Assembly (NCBI RefSeq): GCF_006345805.1
Contig: NC_043011.1
Span: 17,310,464 to 17,374,463 of the forward strand
Length of the DNA: 64,000 nucleotides
Direction: 5' to 3'
From: Octopus sinensis
Taxonomy: Eukaryota
The notes under the pieces were generated by a model. That model searched no databases and was not told the DNA's origin. It was given only the letters and a program-made list of their open reading frames with translations. Made by a program: the position numbers and the translations under genes. Within the stretch, counting starts at the first letter, position 1, and the number at the start of each line of letters is the position of its first letter. This document shows, in pieces, positions 38,081-51,758 of this stretch.

Positions 38081-38689
38081 AAAACCTAAGAAATGTAAGC
38101 ATCTGTAAACAGTGCACTGGTGCCATGATAAATGTTTGTATATTATGACTGTCTGTCTTTATGTTCTGAGCTCAAATTCTGCTGAGATTGACTTTGCCTT
38201 TCGTCCTTTCGGAGTCGATAAATTAAGTACCAGTTGTGTACTGGGTCGATCAAATCAACTGGCTCCATTCGCACAGAAAGTTCAGGCCTAGAAAACTATG
38301 TTGTGACAGTTACAGAATATAAAAAGTAATGTAACATCAATGACTATATAATCCAACCAAAATATATCAGTTACACAAACGTTAACGGAATTACTATTTT
38401 ACCTTAGAATACTTCGTACATATTCAAAGGACCTTTTTGGTTTAATGGTACAGAACGTTTCTCTGGTATCATTTTATTCTATTATTTGTTTCAGTTATTT
38501 GACGGTAGCCATGCTGGAGCCCCACCCTTTAGTCGAAGAAATTGAACCCTGGACTTATTCTCTGTAAGCTTGGTGCTCATTCTATCAGTCTCTTCTGCTG
38601 AACAGCTAATTTTATAGGGATGCAAATGCACCAACATCGGTTGTCAAGCAATGGTGGTAGTGGTAGGACAGGCACACACATAAATACAC

Positions 38690-38816
<127 letters not shown>

Positions 38817-39109
38817 GGCCTGCTCGCTTAGATAGCTGGGTGGCGTCATTTGAAGGCTAAAACAATGCGAAGCGCATTGTGACCAGCGATGTGTAGCAAC
38901 ATCTGGTAGCATGGTCGGTCACGGTGATCACAGTGATATATATATGACGGGCATGGAAGTAGTGGTGATGCTGGTTGGTGGGATTTTGTGGTTTGCTTGT
39001 ATGCCGAGAGAGATCCAGCGGGCACCTAACTGGTTCTCCGATCTTAAAGGTGTAGGGTAGATGCGTAATGATGGAGCGGTTTGTGGTGATGCGAAGTTAT
39101 ATAACTATA

Positions 39110-40210
39110 TCACGATGAACTGGAGGTGCACCATCTTCACCTACAAATAAAGTTGCAATTTCAGTATTAACTGGGTTACTGAATCTCCTGATATGAAATG
39201 CATAGTTACTTTCCTCGGATTAACATTTTCTCTGGCTGCTCTTTATTCTTCTTGTTCAATAGTGCGCATATTTAAATATGTTGCGGTATATGGATTATTC
39301 AGCATAACTGAATAAATCTTTTCTATTGCTGAATGCAGGCAATAATATTTTCAGGCACATCAGCTTTTGTTTGTAAAGCTTCTTTAGAATCAACAATATA
39401 GAGTTGAGCATATCTTCTAGGTTCATTGTTTTTAGGATGTAAGTTGTTTGCATGATTATAGACTCGTCTTCGGAAGCAGAAACAGTATGGGCCACAACCA
39501 GGGGATGTCGTAACATTGGCTCCAAATGAGGCGAATGAAGACATTGGATTATCGTATCTGATGTTCTGTTTAAAGTTCATTCCTTCATTGTCGGTATTCT
39601 CCAAAAGTTGTTTTAACTGTCCAGGATATTCTTGTAGATTCGGCAAGGAAACCTTACCATTATGGCAACAATTAAGTGCTTTCGTTTGAAATCAACGTGC
39701 ATGAGAGTGCGGGCCTTCTACGTTCATCCCACCAGCCGTAAATTGAGAATTTTGTGGTTCTTTTATTATATTCCGTCTTCTTATTTGAGCTCCGCCTGTC
39801 ATACGATAATTCTGTGTTTTAGCTTCTTCCATATTCTTCCTTCTTTCTTGAACTTTGTTTCCCATATCTTGAAGGTAATTCTGCCTTTCGTTTTCGTCCA
39901 TATGTTTCCTTCTTTGTTGAACTCTGTTTCTCATATTTTCTAAGTACAGCTGCCTTTGCTCTTCATTCATATGTTCTCGATTCTGTTGATCTCTTTCTCT
40001 CTTATTTTGAAAATACACTTCCTTTTGGTCCTGGTTCATTTGTTCCATCCTTCGATGATTCATTTCCCTCATATCCCTCTCCTCTTGATTTATTTCATTT
40101 CTTTTGTGTCTTGTCCTCACGCGATTTTTATTCTTTATTTCCTCCTGTTGTTCCTCGCGCAATCGTCCTCCCCTTCTACGCTGACACTCACGTGCTGCAT
40201 CTCTCATGCG
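39110..40210 (-). pseudogene. Helitron Rep/helicase N-terminal remnant
   Basis: A coiled-coil Q/E/R repeat ORF (39692-40207) is followed by CCHNGKVSLP...FKQNIRYDNPMSSFASFGA...PGCGPYCF...LHPKNNEPRRYAQLYIVDS and EIATLFVGEDGAPPVHRDIVI. Confidence 0.88.
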
Positions 40211-40624
40211 ATTATCCCTATTTCAAAACTTGCTATTATAACAATAAATCTCCAAAATGATTCACTGTGTTTCAACTGAAAGCCATACATGAATGTATTT
40301 GTGTTTATTTCCAACACTCGACACTTATTATTGCAAACATGTTTTAACTAACCTAAACTATACACACACGCAAATACATTCATGTATATATGTCTCTGCG
40401 CGTTTCCTTTAGTTTTTGTTTACTTACACACATCAACAAATGAGCCAGAACTTATAACTTTAAAAATATAGGAAGAAAAAGACAACGTTATATTCCGTAG
40501 CCAAAAATTTATTTTTAGCTGATGTGTAATTTTATAATGAAAAACAAATTCAAAATTAAAATTTTGGAGCAAAATACCACGATTTTCGGTGTATGGCTGC
40601 AATTGAAATGGTTTAAAACAAATG

Positions 40625-40673
<49 letters not shown>

Positions 40674-40820
40674 TTGGGCCTTTAATAATAGTTTAAGTCA
40701 GTCGCAGTAAGTGTCAGATAGTTCACAACGAAGTCTTCACCCCTCTCTCTCTTCCTGCCGGTTGCTTTGCCACTGCCTGGAATTGATTTAGTTGTGTCTT
40801 CAAGCTTTTTCTCTCTCTCA

Positions 40821-40862
<42 letters not shown>

Positions 40863-41037
40863 ATTAGTTTTTCTATTACTATTAAAAACAATAAATGTCC
40901 AAAATGATTCAGTGTTTCAATGGAAAAAAACATATACGAATGTATTGGACAGTTTTTGTTTAGGAAACGGTATCCAATATTTGCTGTGGTTGAAAATAGA
41001 AAATAAACAACATCTTCCTTTGAGTCACCACTCACAC

Positions 41038-41082
<45 letters not shown>

Positions 41083-41084
41083 AT

Positions 41085-41560
41085 GTGTGTGTGTGTGTGT
41101 CTCGAGTTGTTGTTGTAATTCAACGGGGCCAGCCATGTCATATTCTCTGTGTGGCTGAATCTCCCTGAGAACTACGTTAATGTTATGTATGTCTGTGGAG
41201 TACTCAGCCATTTGTGACTTAATTTTATCATCGTGTGGTAATGAAAAGTGAAACTGTCATCCAATATTTGCTGTGTGTATGTATCTATTTATGAACCTTT
41301 CTTTGGACTTATGTATCTACTGTCTCGCTCAGTTTCTCTCTTTTTCTTTCACTTCCTTTGTGTCCCTCTTCTCTCCCGCTTTTGATTTGATAATGTGTAT
41401 ATGCTTCTATGTATCTACTTGTCTTGCGATGAACACCGCCACCACTCACTGTCTCTTTCACTCTCTTTCTCTTTCTCTCTCACTTTTATCTCCTTCTTAC
41501 TCTCTTTCTTTCTCTCTTACGTCCTCTCTGAAACATTTAAAAACACAAAACGAACGCCGT
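41085..41560 (+). repeat. About 450-bp repeat, left copy of an inverted pair
   Basis: Aligns along its length with the reverse complement of 43950-44385 (CTCGAGTTG...GCTGAATCTCCCTGAGAACTACGTTAATG...CTTACGTCCTCTCTGAAA). Confidence 0.88.
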
Positions 41561-41905
41561 CACCACTCACTCACTCTCTTTCTCTCTCACTCTCTTTCTC
41601 TCTCACTCTCTCACTTTCTCTCTCACTCTCCCTTCTTCTCTCACTCTCTCTCTCTCTTACTTCCTCTTTGTCCTCGTCTCTTTCGCTTTGCCACTTCTTT
41701 GAAATGTGACGCACACAACAGGTACGTACAAAAACAAAAAGTTAGCGTATTAATATTATTGATACTATAACTCATATAATACAGTGACTTTCATAAATTG
41801 CTACACCTAATTCGTTATTTACAGACGAAAATGAATACTGTAACTCAGACACTATGGTTGATATCATCATAAGTTAATAGCATAATAATGTGACTCTTTA
41901 TATAT

Positions 41906-41960
<55 letters not shown>

Positions 41961-42059
41961 ATATGGTTTATAGTATATATTTGAGTTTATTTTACAATTA
42001 GAAACATATAGAATCATAAATTTCTCGTTGTTTAATACATATTCTAGTACCTGGTATAT

Positions 42060-42447
42060 TGGATTCAAATTTTGGCACAAGTCTAGTAACTTTGAGGAAG
42101 GGAATAAATCGGTTACATCGGTCCCTTTGTGCATCTACTACTTATTTTATCGATCCCGAAATGATGAAAGGGGAAATTTGAACTCCGAACGTAAAGACGG
42201 GCGAAATACCTATTTCTTTACTACCCACAAGGAGCTAAACACAGAGAGGACAAACAAGGACAGACATAGGTATTAAGTCGATTACATCGACCCCAGTGCG
42301 TAATTGGTACTTATTTAATCGACACCGAAAGGAAGGATGAAAGGCAAAGTTGACCTCGGCGGAATTTGAACTCAGAACGTAGCGGCAGACGAAATACCAC
42401 TAAGCGTTTCGCCCGACGCGTTAACGTTTCTGCCAGCTTGCCGCCTT
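42060..42447 (-). mobile_element. SINE family B, dimeric form
   Basis: Head at about 42447 and a reiterated core joined at GAAATACCTATTTC (about 42203). Confidence 0.85.
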
Positions 42448-42807
42448 ATTCACGTGACTCATTTATTAAAGCATTGGTTAAAGTTTTATGTAATTTAATA
42501 ACTTACAGATATTTCAGTGTTAATGAACATCATCGATATGTCATTTAATGACATATCAAATGTTTCACTAAAAGTTTTCCCACATACTTCATAATCAGTT
42601 GTGTCACGACAACCGAAACCTCAGTTATATATATCATGGACACACTGAGTTATATATATCATGTCGTCATAGCGTATTATAGTAATATTGTTATCAGTCT
42701 CACATGATTGTAATAGAAAATCAATGTTCATATCGAGATTATGATTTAATCGTTACATCAAAGCTATTAAATAAATATTGCAACAATGAACCTGCAAAAA
42801 ATCTTTT

Positions 42808-42981
42808 ATTGTGTTACTATTTTAATTTGTCTACCAATAAATTTTGACTCAGTACAACTACATTTGTTCTGAAGTTTTAAACTATTGGAGCTATAGAGCT
42901 CCAATAGTTTAAAACACCAGAACAAATGTAGTTGTACTGAGTCAAAATATACTGGTAGACAAATTAAACTAGTAACGCAAT
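42808..42981. repeat. Hairpin element with about 85-bp arms and a 4-nt loop
   Basis: ...GTACAACTACATTTGTTCTG...CTATTGGAGCT-ATAG-AGCTCCAATAG...CAGAACAAATGTAGTTGTAC... Confidence 0.9.
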
Positions 42982-43949
42982 ATGGTTCAATTCCTAATTG
43001 CACGACTTCCATTGCATTTATTACTTGTAATTTTCAACCATGAAGATGCATATTACCGACCATATTTCGTATGTACCTTTGTCCTATAAGCGAAATACAA
43101 TATCGATAAAGATAGTTTAAAGATTTGTCAAGAATTATAGAACATTTTCAAGAAATACATAACAATTTTAAAACCCACCAAAAATGTCAAGAAATTCAGA
43201 GCATCAACCTCAATACATTTTAATATCTACTTGTATTTCTTTACTTTCTGGGGTTAAATTCAGCTGAAGTCTTCTTGAACTTCCATTTTCCCAGGATTGA
43301 TGAAAATCAATCAATCTTGGAAGAATAAAGAAACTATATTACAATAGATAAGATTAAACCAGCAAGCACACTATATATTATAACAACTAAGGTGCCATGA
43401 AACTAACATGATAACCGTTAGGTTGAAGCCTCATCAAGAAATAACTCTCAAATCTTATCTCTATTGCACTCTGCCATCTGAAAAATAAACTATTATTAGA
43501 CAAGAAGACGGAATTTTCTTGACGGAAACAGGTCTTCTCGATCAGGTCTAACTTAGCCCTAAATAATAACGAGAAAATGAACAGGACAGCAAAGATTGAT
43601 TTTCAAACATCTTTTCGAAGCAGGTTATACTGCCAACGGAAAAATCTCCCTAAATTGTTGCATATGTGGTGCCACCTTTTCATAAAAGGTAAACGTAAGA
43701 TCAGTTACCTAATAGAAAACTGAGAAAACTCAGATCAGACAGAAAAAAAAACTGGCTCAAAGGCAAACACCTAAGGCAAATGCTGTACGAGATAGTCCGT
43801 AAACCTGCATCCTTATATTTCAAAGTTCATGACTGGTGTCATAAAATTTTCTTTTTGGATTACTTAAAGAATAATTAATTCGTGGTCGTGTTTTCCACAG
43901 ACTGCCAAGTCAAAACAAATTGTGTTACGTTTGATCATATTACCTATGT

Positions 43950-43982
43950 TCATTTTGTGTTTCTAAATATTTCAGAGAGGAC

Positions 43983-44031
<49 letters not shown>

Positions 44032-44369
44032 TTCATCGCAAGACAAGTAGATACATAGGTACATATACACATTGTTAAATCAAAAGAGTTAGAGAAGAGG
44101 GACACAAAGGAAGTGAAAGAAAAAGAGAGAAACTGAGACAGTAGATACATAAATCCAAAGAAAAGTTCATACATAGATACATACACACAGCAAATATTGG
44201 GTGTCAGTTTCACTTTTCATTACCACACGATGATAAAATTAACCGACAAATAGCTGAGTACTCCACTACATGAATAACATTAACGTAGTTCTCAGGGAGA
44301 TTCAGCCTCATAGAATATGACAAGGCTCGCCCCTTTGAATTACAGCTACAACTCGAGACATATATACAC

Positions 44370-44385
<16 letters not shown>
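43950..44385 (-). repeat. About 430-bp repeat, right copy of the inverted pair
   Basis: See 41085-41560. Confidence 0.88.
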
Positions 44386-44409
<24 letters not shown>

Positions 44410-44757
44410 GAGAGAGAGAGGGAGAGGTAGAAAGAAAAGAGGGAGAGAGAAAAAGAGGGTGAGAGAAGCGTCCATGACGTGAGTTAGAGGGAACGTAATT
44501 GTAACGCCCTCACTTGATTAGCTGAAGAGAATGAGGGAGCAAGAGAAAGAAAATGGAGTGAGAAAGAGAGGATAAGGTGAAAAGAGTGAGGTACAAAGAT
44601 AGAAGAAGAAAAAGACGGAGAGGGAAGCGTCCATGACACGTGGTTGGGGAAACGTAATGTTTATTAGGTGGTTAAAAGAATTAATTGAAGGTAGTGCTAT
44701 AGAAGAGAGTTAGGTATACAATTTTCGCAGAGGGATGTTCTGATGGATTGATTAAAG

Positions 44758-44806
<49 letters not shown>

Positions 44807-46265
44807 AGAGAGAGAATGAGAGATATGGAGAGATACAGATAGAGAGAGAGATATATAAATGATAATGGTGGTGGTGGAAGTAGAGGATGAGGTGACGATG
44901 GTGTATACAGAGTGAAAAGTATTTCTTTTTTGATTGAACTAAGTTGTTTATATCACCTATCACTTAAAGCATGCGCATTCGAAACTTGCCATTAACATTA
45001 GAAAGAAACCAGTTTCCCGTTCGCCTGTCCTATACAATGACTGCCAATAAATCACAAGGGCAGACATTTGATAAAGTGGGGCTGTTCTTGCCTGCACCTG
45101 TATTCGGCTAGAGTAGTTTAGAGCTTCCTTAGTTTAGTTGATAAACACTTCCTCCGTACTAATAAATCATACACCCACACATTCCACACCACACGCTAAC
45201 ATAAAACTCCCACGATCTTACCCAATACGGAAAGAAAACAGTACAACGAACTCAACAAACTATATATATCTACACTTATGGAAAAGATTATGCATGTGAC
45301 ACCACTACACATATCACACACTCCGTCTCCACAAGAGCACAATACTTAATAACGCATACTTTCCCCACAAACATTTCAAGATAAGCGTTACCGGCCTCAA
45401 CGGCTCGCAAATTATCTGATGTGAGAGTTTATGTTATCAACATTGACAAACAAGGGAAAAGGGGAGAGAGAGAGAACTTACACGAAGAACATAATCTGCA
45501 AAGATGTATTGGATTGAAAGGTACACGCAAACTGAAATGTGTATTGACTCTGACCCATCGCCTTGGCTTGTAAGCTACCAGCGATGTGGTTTTCAGAGAA
45601 TGGCATGTGGCATTAAATTTTCACCCCCGTGAAATTGTGACCCATATATTTTACTGGAGGAATTACAACTGTGTTTCGTGGTCTGCTACCACAACAGCTC
45701 CTTTATAGGATCCAGGTAGCTCAAGACATCATCAGGAGGAACCACGTCCGGTTTCGGCCCCTACTCCTCTACCGTTTTGACGTGGTGGGCTCCCCCCTTT
45801 CGGAGGTGTCTTCAGCTGTGGTGTTGGGTGCATGTCTTCTTTTTTTTGTCTTTCTTCTGTTCCCTGGCCTCTTCGATTTACCGTCAGCGAGTGTCAGCCG
45901 GTAACTGACTGACTTGTCAAATTTTTTCCTTTAAATAAAATAACTTTCTCGGAAAAAGATGTTTGTCTTCGAGATATGAAATTGTCACCATGTAAATTTT
46001 AAAAAGTAATGTTTTCACTTCATAGGTAAAATGAAAAAAATAAGAGCGAATATTTATTTTATGTGTGCTGTGTATTATGTCTATAAAATTGTGCATAAAG
46101 TATATATAAAGCGCATTAAATAATCATCGTATTCTAGTTTCCTTCACTTTTCAATGAATAGCAAATAAGCGACTGTCTTTTGATACACACACGCAACACA
46201 GTCTACGCTTTTAGGCTTTTTCGATAAAAATTTTCAGGAATAACCCAATAGGTTTACTATTAATT

Positions 46266-46292
46266 CCGTGAAATATTCACCGGTCCCGCTAG
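46266..46292 (+). mobile_element. Helitron 3' terminus
   Basis: CCGTGAA-ATA-TTCACCGG-TCCCG-CTAG|T, the same hairpin family as 38054-38080. Confidence 0.7.
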
Positions 46293-46899
46293 TATCCATA
46301 AATCTTGCTTTTCCAATCAGAGTCGGCGTGAGAGTACCTCTAAGGTAATGAATTTCATTGACAAAACGTTTATACGTGCCCTTGTGTGTGAAAGTGTGAA
46401 GTTAGTAAAAGTACATGTGTGATAATTATGTGCATATTTCATTCGTTAACATTAAGAGTACTGCTGAGTGTCCCCATACGTCCGTACAGGTGTATGTGAA
46501 CGTGCGGGAAAATTGAGAGGAAGGGAGAAAGAGAGAAAGAGAGAGAGAGAGAGAAAGGGAGAAGGAGAGGGAGGAAAATGTTTTAGACTGATCAGTGGCG
46601 ATGTCAGAATAAAGTGTGTAAGAGACTGAACTAGTCACTAGATCAAATAAATTTTCAGAAATAAATGACACAAATATCATTCTGTAAAATAATTATAACT
46701 ATTGAATTATTTTAACTATGACATTCTTTATATAATAAAATAAAACTATAATTACCTTCCGAAATTTTAGTTAAAGAAGAGTATGAGAACTCTAAAAATT
46801 TCTTCCAGTTTCAAAAGTTAAGAGCTAAACGTGGCGGATAATTAACCATTTTGAACATTAACGACAGGATATCCAGTTACAATAATATTTAGTAATTTG

Positions 46900-47540
46900 T
46901 AATGTCTTTTTGCTGGTGGGACATCAATACAGTTAATCACTTCCTTGATAATTACCCATTTGCAATTAGTTCACGCTTCGCCTTTTCCAAAAGTCTGTGC
47001 ATTGAAAATTATGTAATGAAAGCATGCTTGTCAAATGCATTGCCCCTATTTTCTGTACTATGGGTAGTACACGGTAAATATGTTGCACCAGTCTCTATAA
47101 AATCTAGTATCGCATTGGGAATCTTGGTTCTCGATGTCTTCCACAACATAAAGGCCCCCGTTAACATTTGTAAAAAGAATAGCTTATAGTTTCATCAGAG
47201 AAGTGAATATCCTATCAGAAGATAAAAGCCTCCAGGTGTCTGTTCTAAGTTTACGATGGAAAGGATTTGAGGACTAACAGAATTTCAGACAGGGTATTAT
47301 GTTCAGCAGGTCATTATCGAAGGATTTCAATTCTTGATCTTGGGCGTAAACTTCCTGCATTTAAGCCGAAAATGTCTGGTGTCCGTTGGTGGTTTGGGCT
47401 GGTCAAATTAAAAGGATTTCCATCCCATCCGCCTGATCAATTCAATTATTTTCAAATATTCATGCAGTATGAGCTGGAGGCACACATACAAACCTCCACA
47501 ACACACGAATTATTCTTTAATAAGAATGGTGTTGACTCTC
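46900..47540 (-). pseudogene. Degenerate PLE ORF, N-terminal fragment
   Basis: ELIRRMGWKSF*FD and QELKSFDNDLLNIIPCLKF..SSNPFHRKLRTD...SSDRIFTS are homologous to the N-terminus of the 33605-35400 element. Confidence 0.65.
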
Positions 47541-48066
47541 AACATTATCTTCCTTAATGAATAAGTATGTACAGTAGAAAAAGTCCTGAATTATTCTTCA
47601 GCTTGATGTAGAGTTATTTTTATGACAATATATATGCATGCATATCATCATAATCACACACACACACATATAACTGAAGTTAAAAATAATGGTCATTACA
47701 TATTTTTCCTTTATTGGTGCAAATTTGCTTTACACCTGTTTCCAGTAGGCATTTTAAGTAGATTACTGATTGTACATATAATGATTATTGGAAACAGCTG
47801 TAATCCAAATTTTCTCCACTGCATGTAAAATAAGTAATGACCATTATTTTAAACATGTTTTGTATATCATTGCGTGTAAAAACCAGTTTGCTTGGAGCAC
47901 ATCCAAAGATTTACAATACAGAATTGTGATGAACCATCACTTTGGACCCTGCCATAAGAAAACTTGGAGTTCGTCACTAACATAAATAATATTGTTATCC
48001 TGGTGTGCCAAGTGAAACCTTATGAAGTATTTTGCCTGGATTAATAATCCCTAACTATTATCGATA

Positions 48067-48240
<174 letters not shown>

Positions 48241-48520
48241 AACAATTGCAGCGTGGAAGGTGTCTACAAGCCATTTAAGAAACACAAAAACCGTTAGATT
48301 CTCTTCAACATTTAAATTTAATTTGTAAAAATATTTTCATCGCTTTGAGACCGCGACCTGTTCACTGACAAAACTTCGTGCTGCACGAAGTTTTGTCAGT
48401 GAATCTAACGGTTTTTGTGTTTCTTAAATGGCTTATAAACACCTTCCACGCTGCAATTGTTTTCGTTCCAGCACACGATCTCAGATCAGGTCAATTGTTA
48501 TGCAAGTACATCTCCGTAAT
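48241..48520. mobile_element. Head-to-head inverted pair of a PLE-terminus-like element in (TA)n
   Basis: 48241-48301 is the reverse complement of about 48401-48461. There is an inner perfect hairpin TTCACTGACAAAACTTCGTGC-T-GCACGAAGTTTTGTCAGTGAA, and (TA)n flanks both sides. Confidence 0.85.
48322..48372 (-). ncRNA. Minimal hammerhead-like motif, G3-C8 core variant
   Basis: UUUGUCA-GUGAACA-G-GUCGC(GGUCUCAAA)GCGAU-GAAA-AUAU-UU-UUACAAA. AAUAUU is a palindrome at stem III, and stem I has one mismatch. Confidence 0.55.
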
Positions 48521-48544
48521 ATATATATATATATAATATATATA

Positions 48545-48601
<57 letters not shown>

Positions 48602-49259
48602 CGTGTGTGTGTGTGTGAGTGTATATATATATATATACACCACAGCACATCACACAGACATACACACGTATATAATTTACACGTATTTGTTGTGCATACA
48701 TGAAAGTCTGTTATTGTTGTATGCTTATGTGTAAGTGTTTAGCAGTTAAATCGGGTTAAAATGAATTCGTAAATATCTTTAACAATAGACAGCACTGCAA
48801 TGAAAGCCCCACATTAAATATCACAATCTAAAAGCAAAGAAATTACTAATCGAAAATAAAGACTGAACGAAACATTTCGTATATGTAGCAACCGACGGAA
48901 TACAGAATACAACATATTTTCTTATTTGTCAAACACATAGACACGTAAGTACCATAAATATGAATATAATCACACACATTTATGAATATAGACAAACATA
49001 TGGTTCAATATAAACGCACATATTAACATAAGTACACATACATTAATATGTGAAATGATCGAAATAGACACTTATGTTACCAGCTATGATATTACGTACC
49101 TTATTCAGATATAATGAAATATTTGAAACATAAATATTCATTATAGAAGCAAAAATATATTGACATACAAGTTTGAACATAGACATATATGTATAAATCA
49201 AAAATAGAACCATAGACATTATAAACACTCACATACCTTTCAGAAATTTGTTTTTTCTT

Positions 49260-49468
49260 CACTAGGCACAAGGCCAGAAATTTTTGGGGAAGGTGCCAGT
49301 CGATTAGATCGACTCCAGTACGCAACTGGTACTTAATTTATCGACTCCGAAAGGATGAAAGGCAAAGTCGACCTCGGCGGAATTTGAACTCAGAACGTAA
49401 AGACAGACGAAACACCGTTAAGCATTTCGCCCGGTGTGCTAACGTTTCTGCCAGCACGCCGCCTTAAC
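49260..49468 (-). mobile_element. SINE family B
   Basis: Reverse complement of AAGGCGGCGTGCTGGCAGAAACGTTAG...GGCCTTGTGCCTAG. Confidence 0.88.
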
Positions 49469-49764
49469 ATACCTTTCAGAAAGGCTTCAACAAAAATGGC
49501 AGCTACATTCACTTCAGAAAGGTTGCGATAGGGTTCAAAATTAATGCAAAATTAACTCCAAATAGAGAAGACATCACAAATTTTTTAAATGTTAATGTAT
49601 GATCTCTTCCTTTCATTTTAGAACAGTCTTTCACCAGCAGCCAGTAGCAGCACCAAAGATAAGAACATCACACAAAGGCCCAGAAAGACGAGAGAAGCTC
49701 ATTTAAGAAAGGGTGTTCAAACATAACTGGAGTTGGGCTTTTCAGAAATATTAGCTTTTTATTA

Positions 49765-49800
49765 ATGATGATGATGATGGCTTACGTTTTGTGGACATGT

Positions 49801-49860
<60 letters not shown>

Positions 49861-49876
49861 AACAACAACAACAACA

Positions 49877-49915
<39 letters not shown>

Positions 49916-49928
49916 GCCGCTGCTGCTG

Positions 49929-49959
<31 letters not shown>

Positions 49960-50040
49960 AGCTGCTACTACTACTACTACTACTACTACTACAGCTGCTA
50001 CTACTACTACTACTGCTGCTGCAACTACTACTGCTGCTAT
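49765..50040. repeat. Compound trinucleotide microsatellite (GAT)(TAC)(AAC)(TGC)
   Basis: Directly visible, and the source of the poly-Y and poly-L ORFs. Confidence 0.98.
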
Positions 50041-50440
50041 TATATCTATTCGCTATGATAGGTATTAACTGTAAAAATTTTTATAAGCAAAAATACTTCG
50101 TCCAAAATATCAGCCATGCTCCTTCGTGTAGCATTCTAGCACCAAACACGAAATTCTTCACTTTATATATAGATAGATAAAACTTGGAAAAGGATGCGTG
50201 GCGTTCGATCATATAATAATATAAATAATATATAACTATAGATTTATACATACATATATGTACATACCTACATATATATGTATATATACATACATATATG
50301 GGTACAGGACTCTTTTACCTTTACTAAATCTTCTCTGTCTATCTCTCTCCCTCTCTTGTTCATCCTTTGGGGCAAAGGAGCGAAAAGAGAAGATTAATCC
50401 CTATACATATATATACATATATATATATATAATATATATA

Positions 50441-50516
<76 letters not shown>

Positions 50517-51260
50517 CATGTATTTCTTTATCATGTTGTAGTTGTTAATACAATGTTCACCTATATAACCCCTTCTGTGTGTTTAGTCGTTCGGAATGAG
50601 CGAAGAGAAATCTGCAATCTCGATGCTGCTGATGGAATTGTTCATGACAATTGGTACTCTTCTTCTTGGTGTTTGTCGATCTGCTTCATTTCAGCAGCTA
50701 CAAGTTGTACGTCGTCTCTTTGTTGATACTCTCTGTTACTGCCATATTGATGCCACACTGTTGTAAATTCGAAACCATTACTCCTGTGGTTTTGTATATT
50801 TGTACTTGCAATTGGTAAGTTTCCGGAATTATTTTTAATGTTTATACGCACACATGCACGCACGAACGCACGCACGCATGTATACAGGCGCACACGCACG
50901 TAATGATTTCTTTTTCTTATTAACCCTAGAGTTTTCCACTGATATTTTATGTCAGAGAATACAGCGATATAGAGATTGTTTTATCAAGCAAATGTCCGAA
51001 AATCGACAAATATCCGTAGTCTTTTAAAAATTACGAACAAGAAGAATTGTTTCTTCTGAATTCGTTTCCATTACCAAATACTATATGCCAATCTTGATTA
51101 CTCACCAAATATCATTATAATGACATAATGATAATAATGATGATGGTGATTATCATTTGAGATATATTTTAATTTCCTTTGGGTTTTAGATGATATACGT
51201 AAATTTATAAGCTTTTATGAGTTTTCTGTGCATCAATATATGTATATGTACATGTCTATA

Positions 51261-51758
51261 TGTGGAGGCGCGTGGCTTAGTGGTTAGGGTGTCGTAAGAT
51301 TGTGGTTTCGATTCCTGGATCAGGCGACGGGTTGTGTTCTTGAGCAAAACACTTCATTTCACGTTGCTCCAGTCCACTCACCTGGCAAAATGAGTAACGC
51401 TGCGATGGACAGGCGTCCCGTCCAGCTGGGGAACACATACGCCATAGAAACCGGAAAACCGGGCCCATGAGCCTGGCTAGCCTTTAAAAGGGCGCACTTA
51501 TTTAGTGGACGCGCGTGGCTCAGTGGTTAGGGTGTTAGCATCATGATCATAAGATTGTGGTTTCGATTCCTGGACCGGGCGACGCGTTATGTTCTTGAGC
51601 AAAACACTTCATTTCACATTGCTCCAGTACACTCAGCTGGCCAAAATGAGTAACGCTGCAATGGACTGGCGTCCCGTCCATCTGGGGAACACATATGCCA
51701 TAGAAACCGGGAAACCGGGCCCATGAGCCTGGCTAGGCTTTAAAAGGGCGCATTTATT
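51261..51758 (+). mobile_element. Two tandem copies of tRNA-derived SINE family C (V/Meta-like central domain)
   Basis: Heads GTGGA(G/C)GCGCGTGGCT.AGTGGTTAGGG at 51262 and 51505, B-box GGTTTCGATTCC, body GTTCTTGAGCAAAACACTT...CTGC.ATGGAC.GGCGTCCCGTCCA. Confidence 0.88.

Noticed and set aside
45700-45830. Minus-strand CUGAAGA, GAAA-CCGG and CUGAUGA in a GC-rich patch
   Set aside because: There is no UH triplet in register and the stems are inconsistent. Probably another TE end, but unsupported.
49622-49735. Possible terminal exon after TTCCTTTCATTTTAG (NSLSPAASSSTKDKNITQRPRKTREAHLRKGVQT*)
   Set aside because: Only an acceptor-like site and a short low-information peptide, with no homology recognised.
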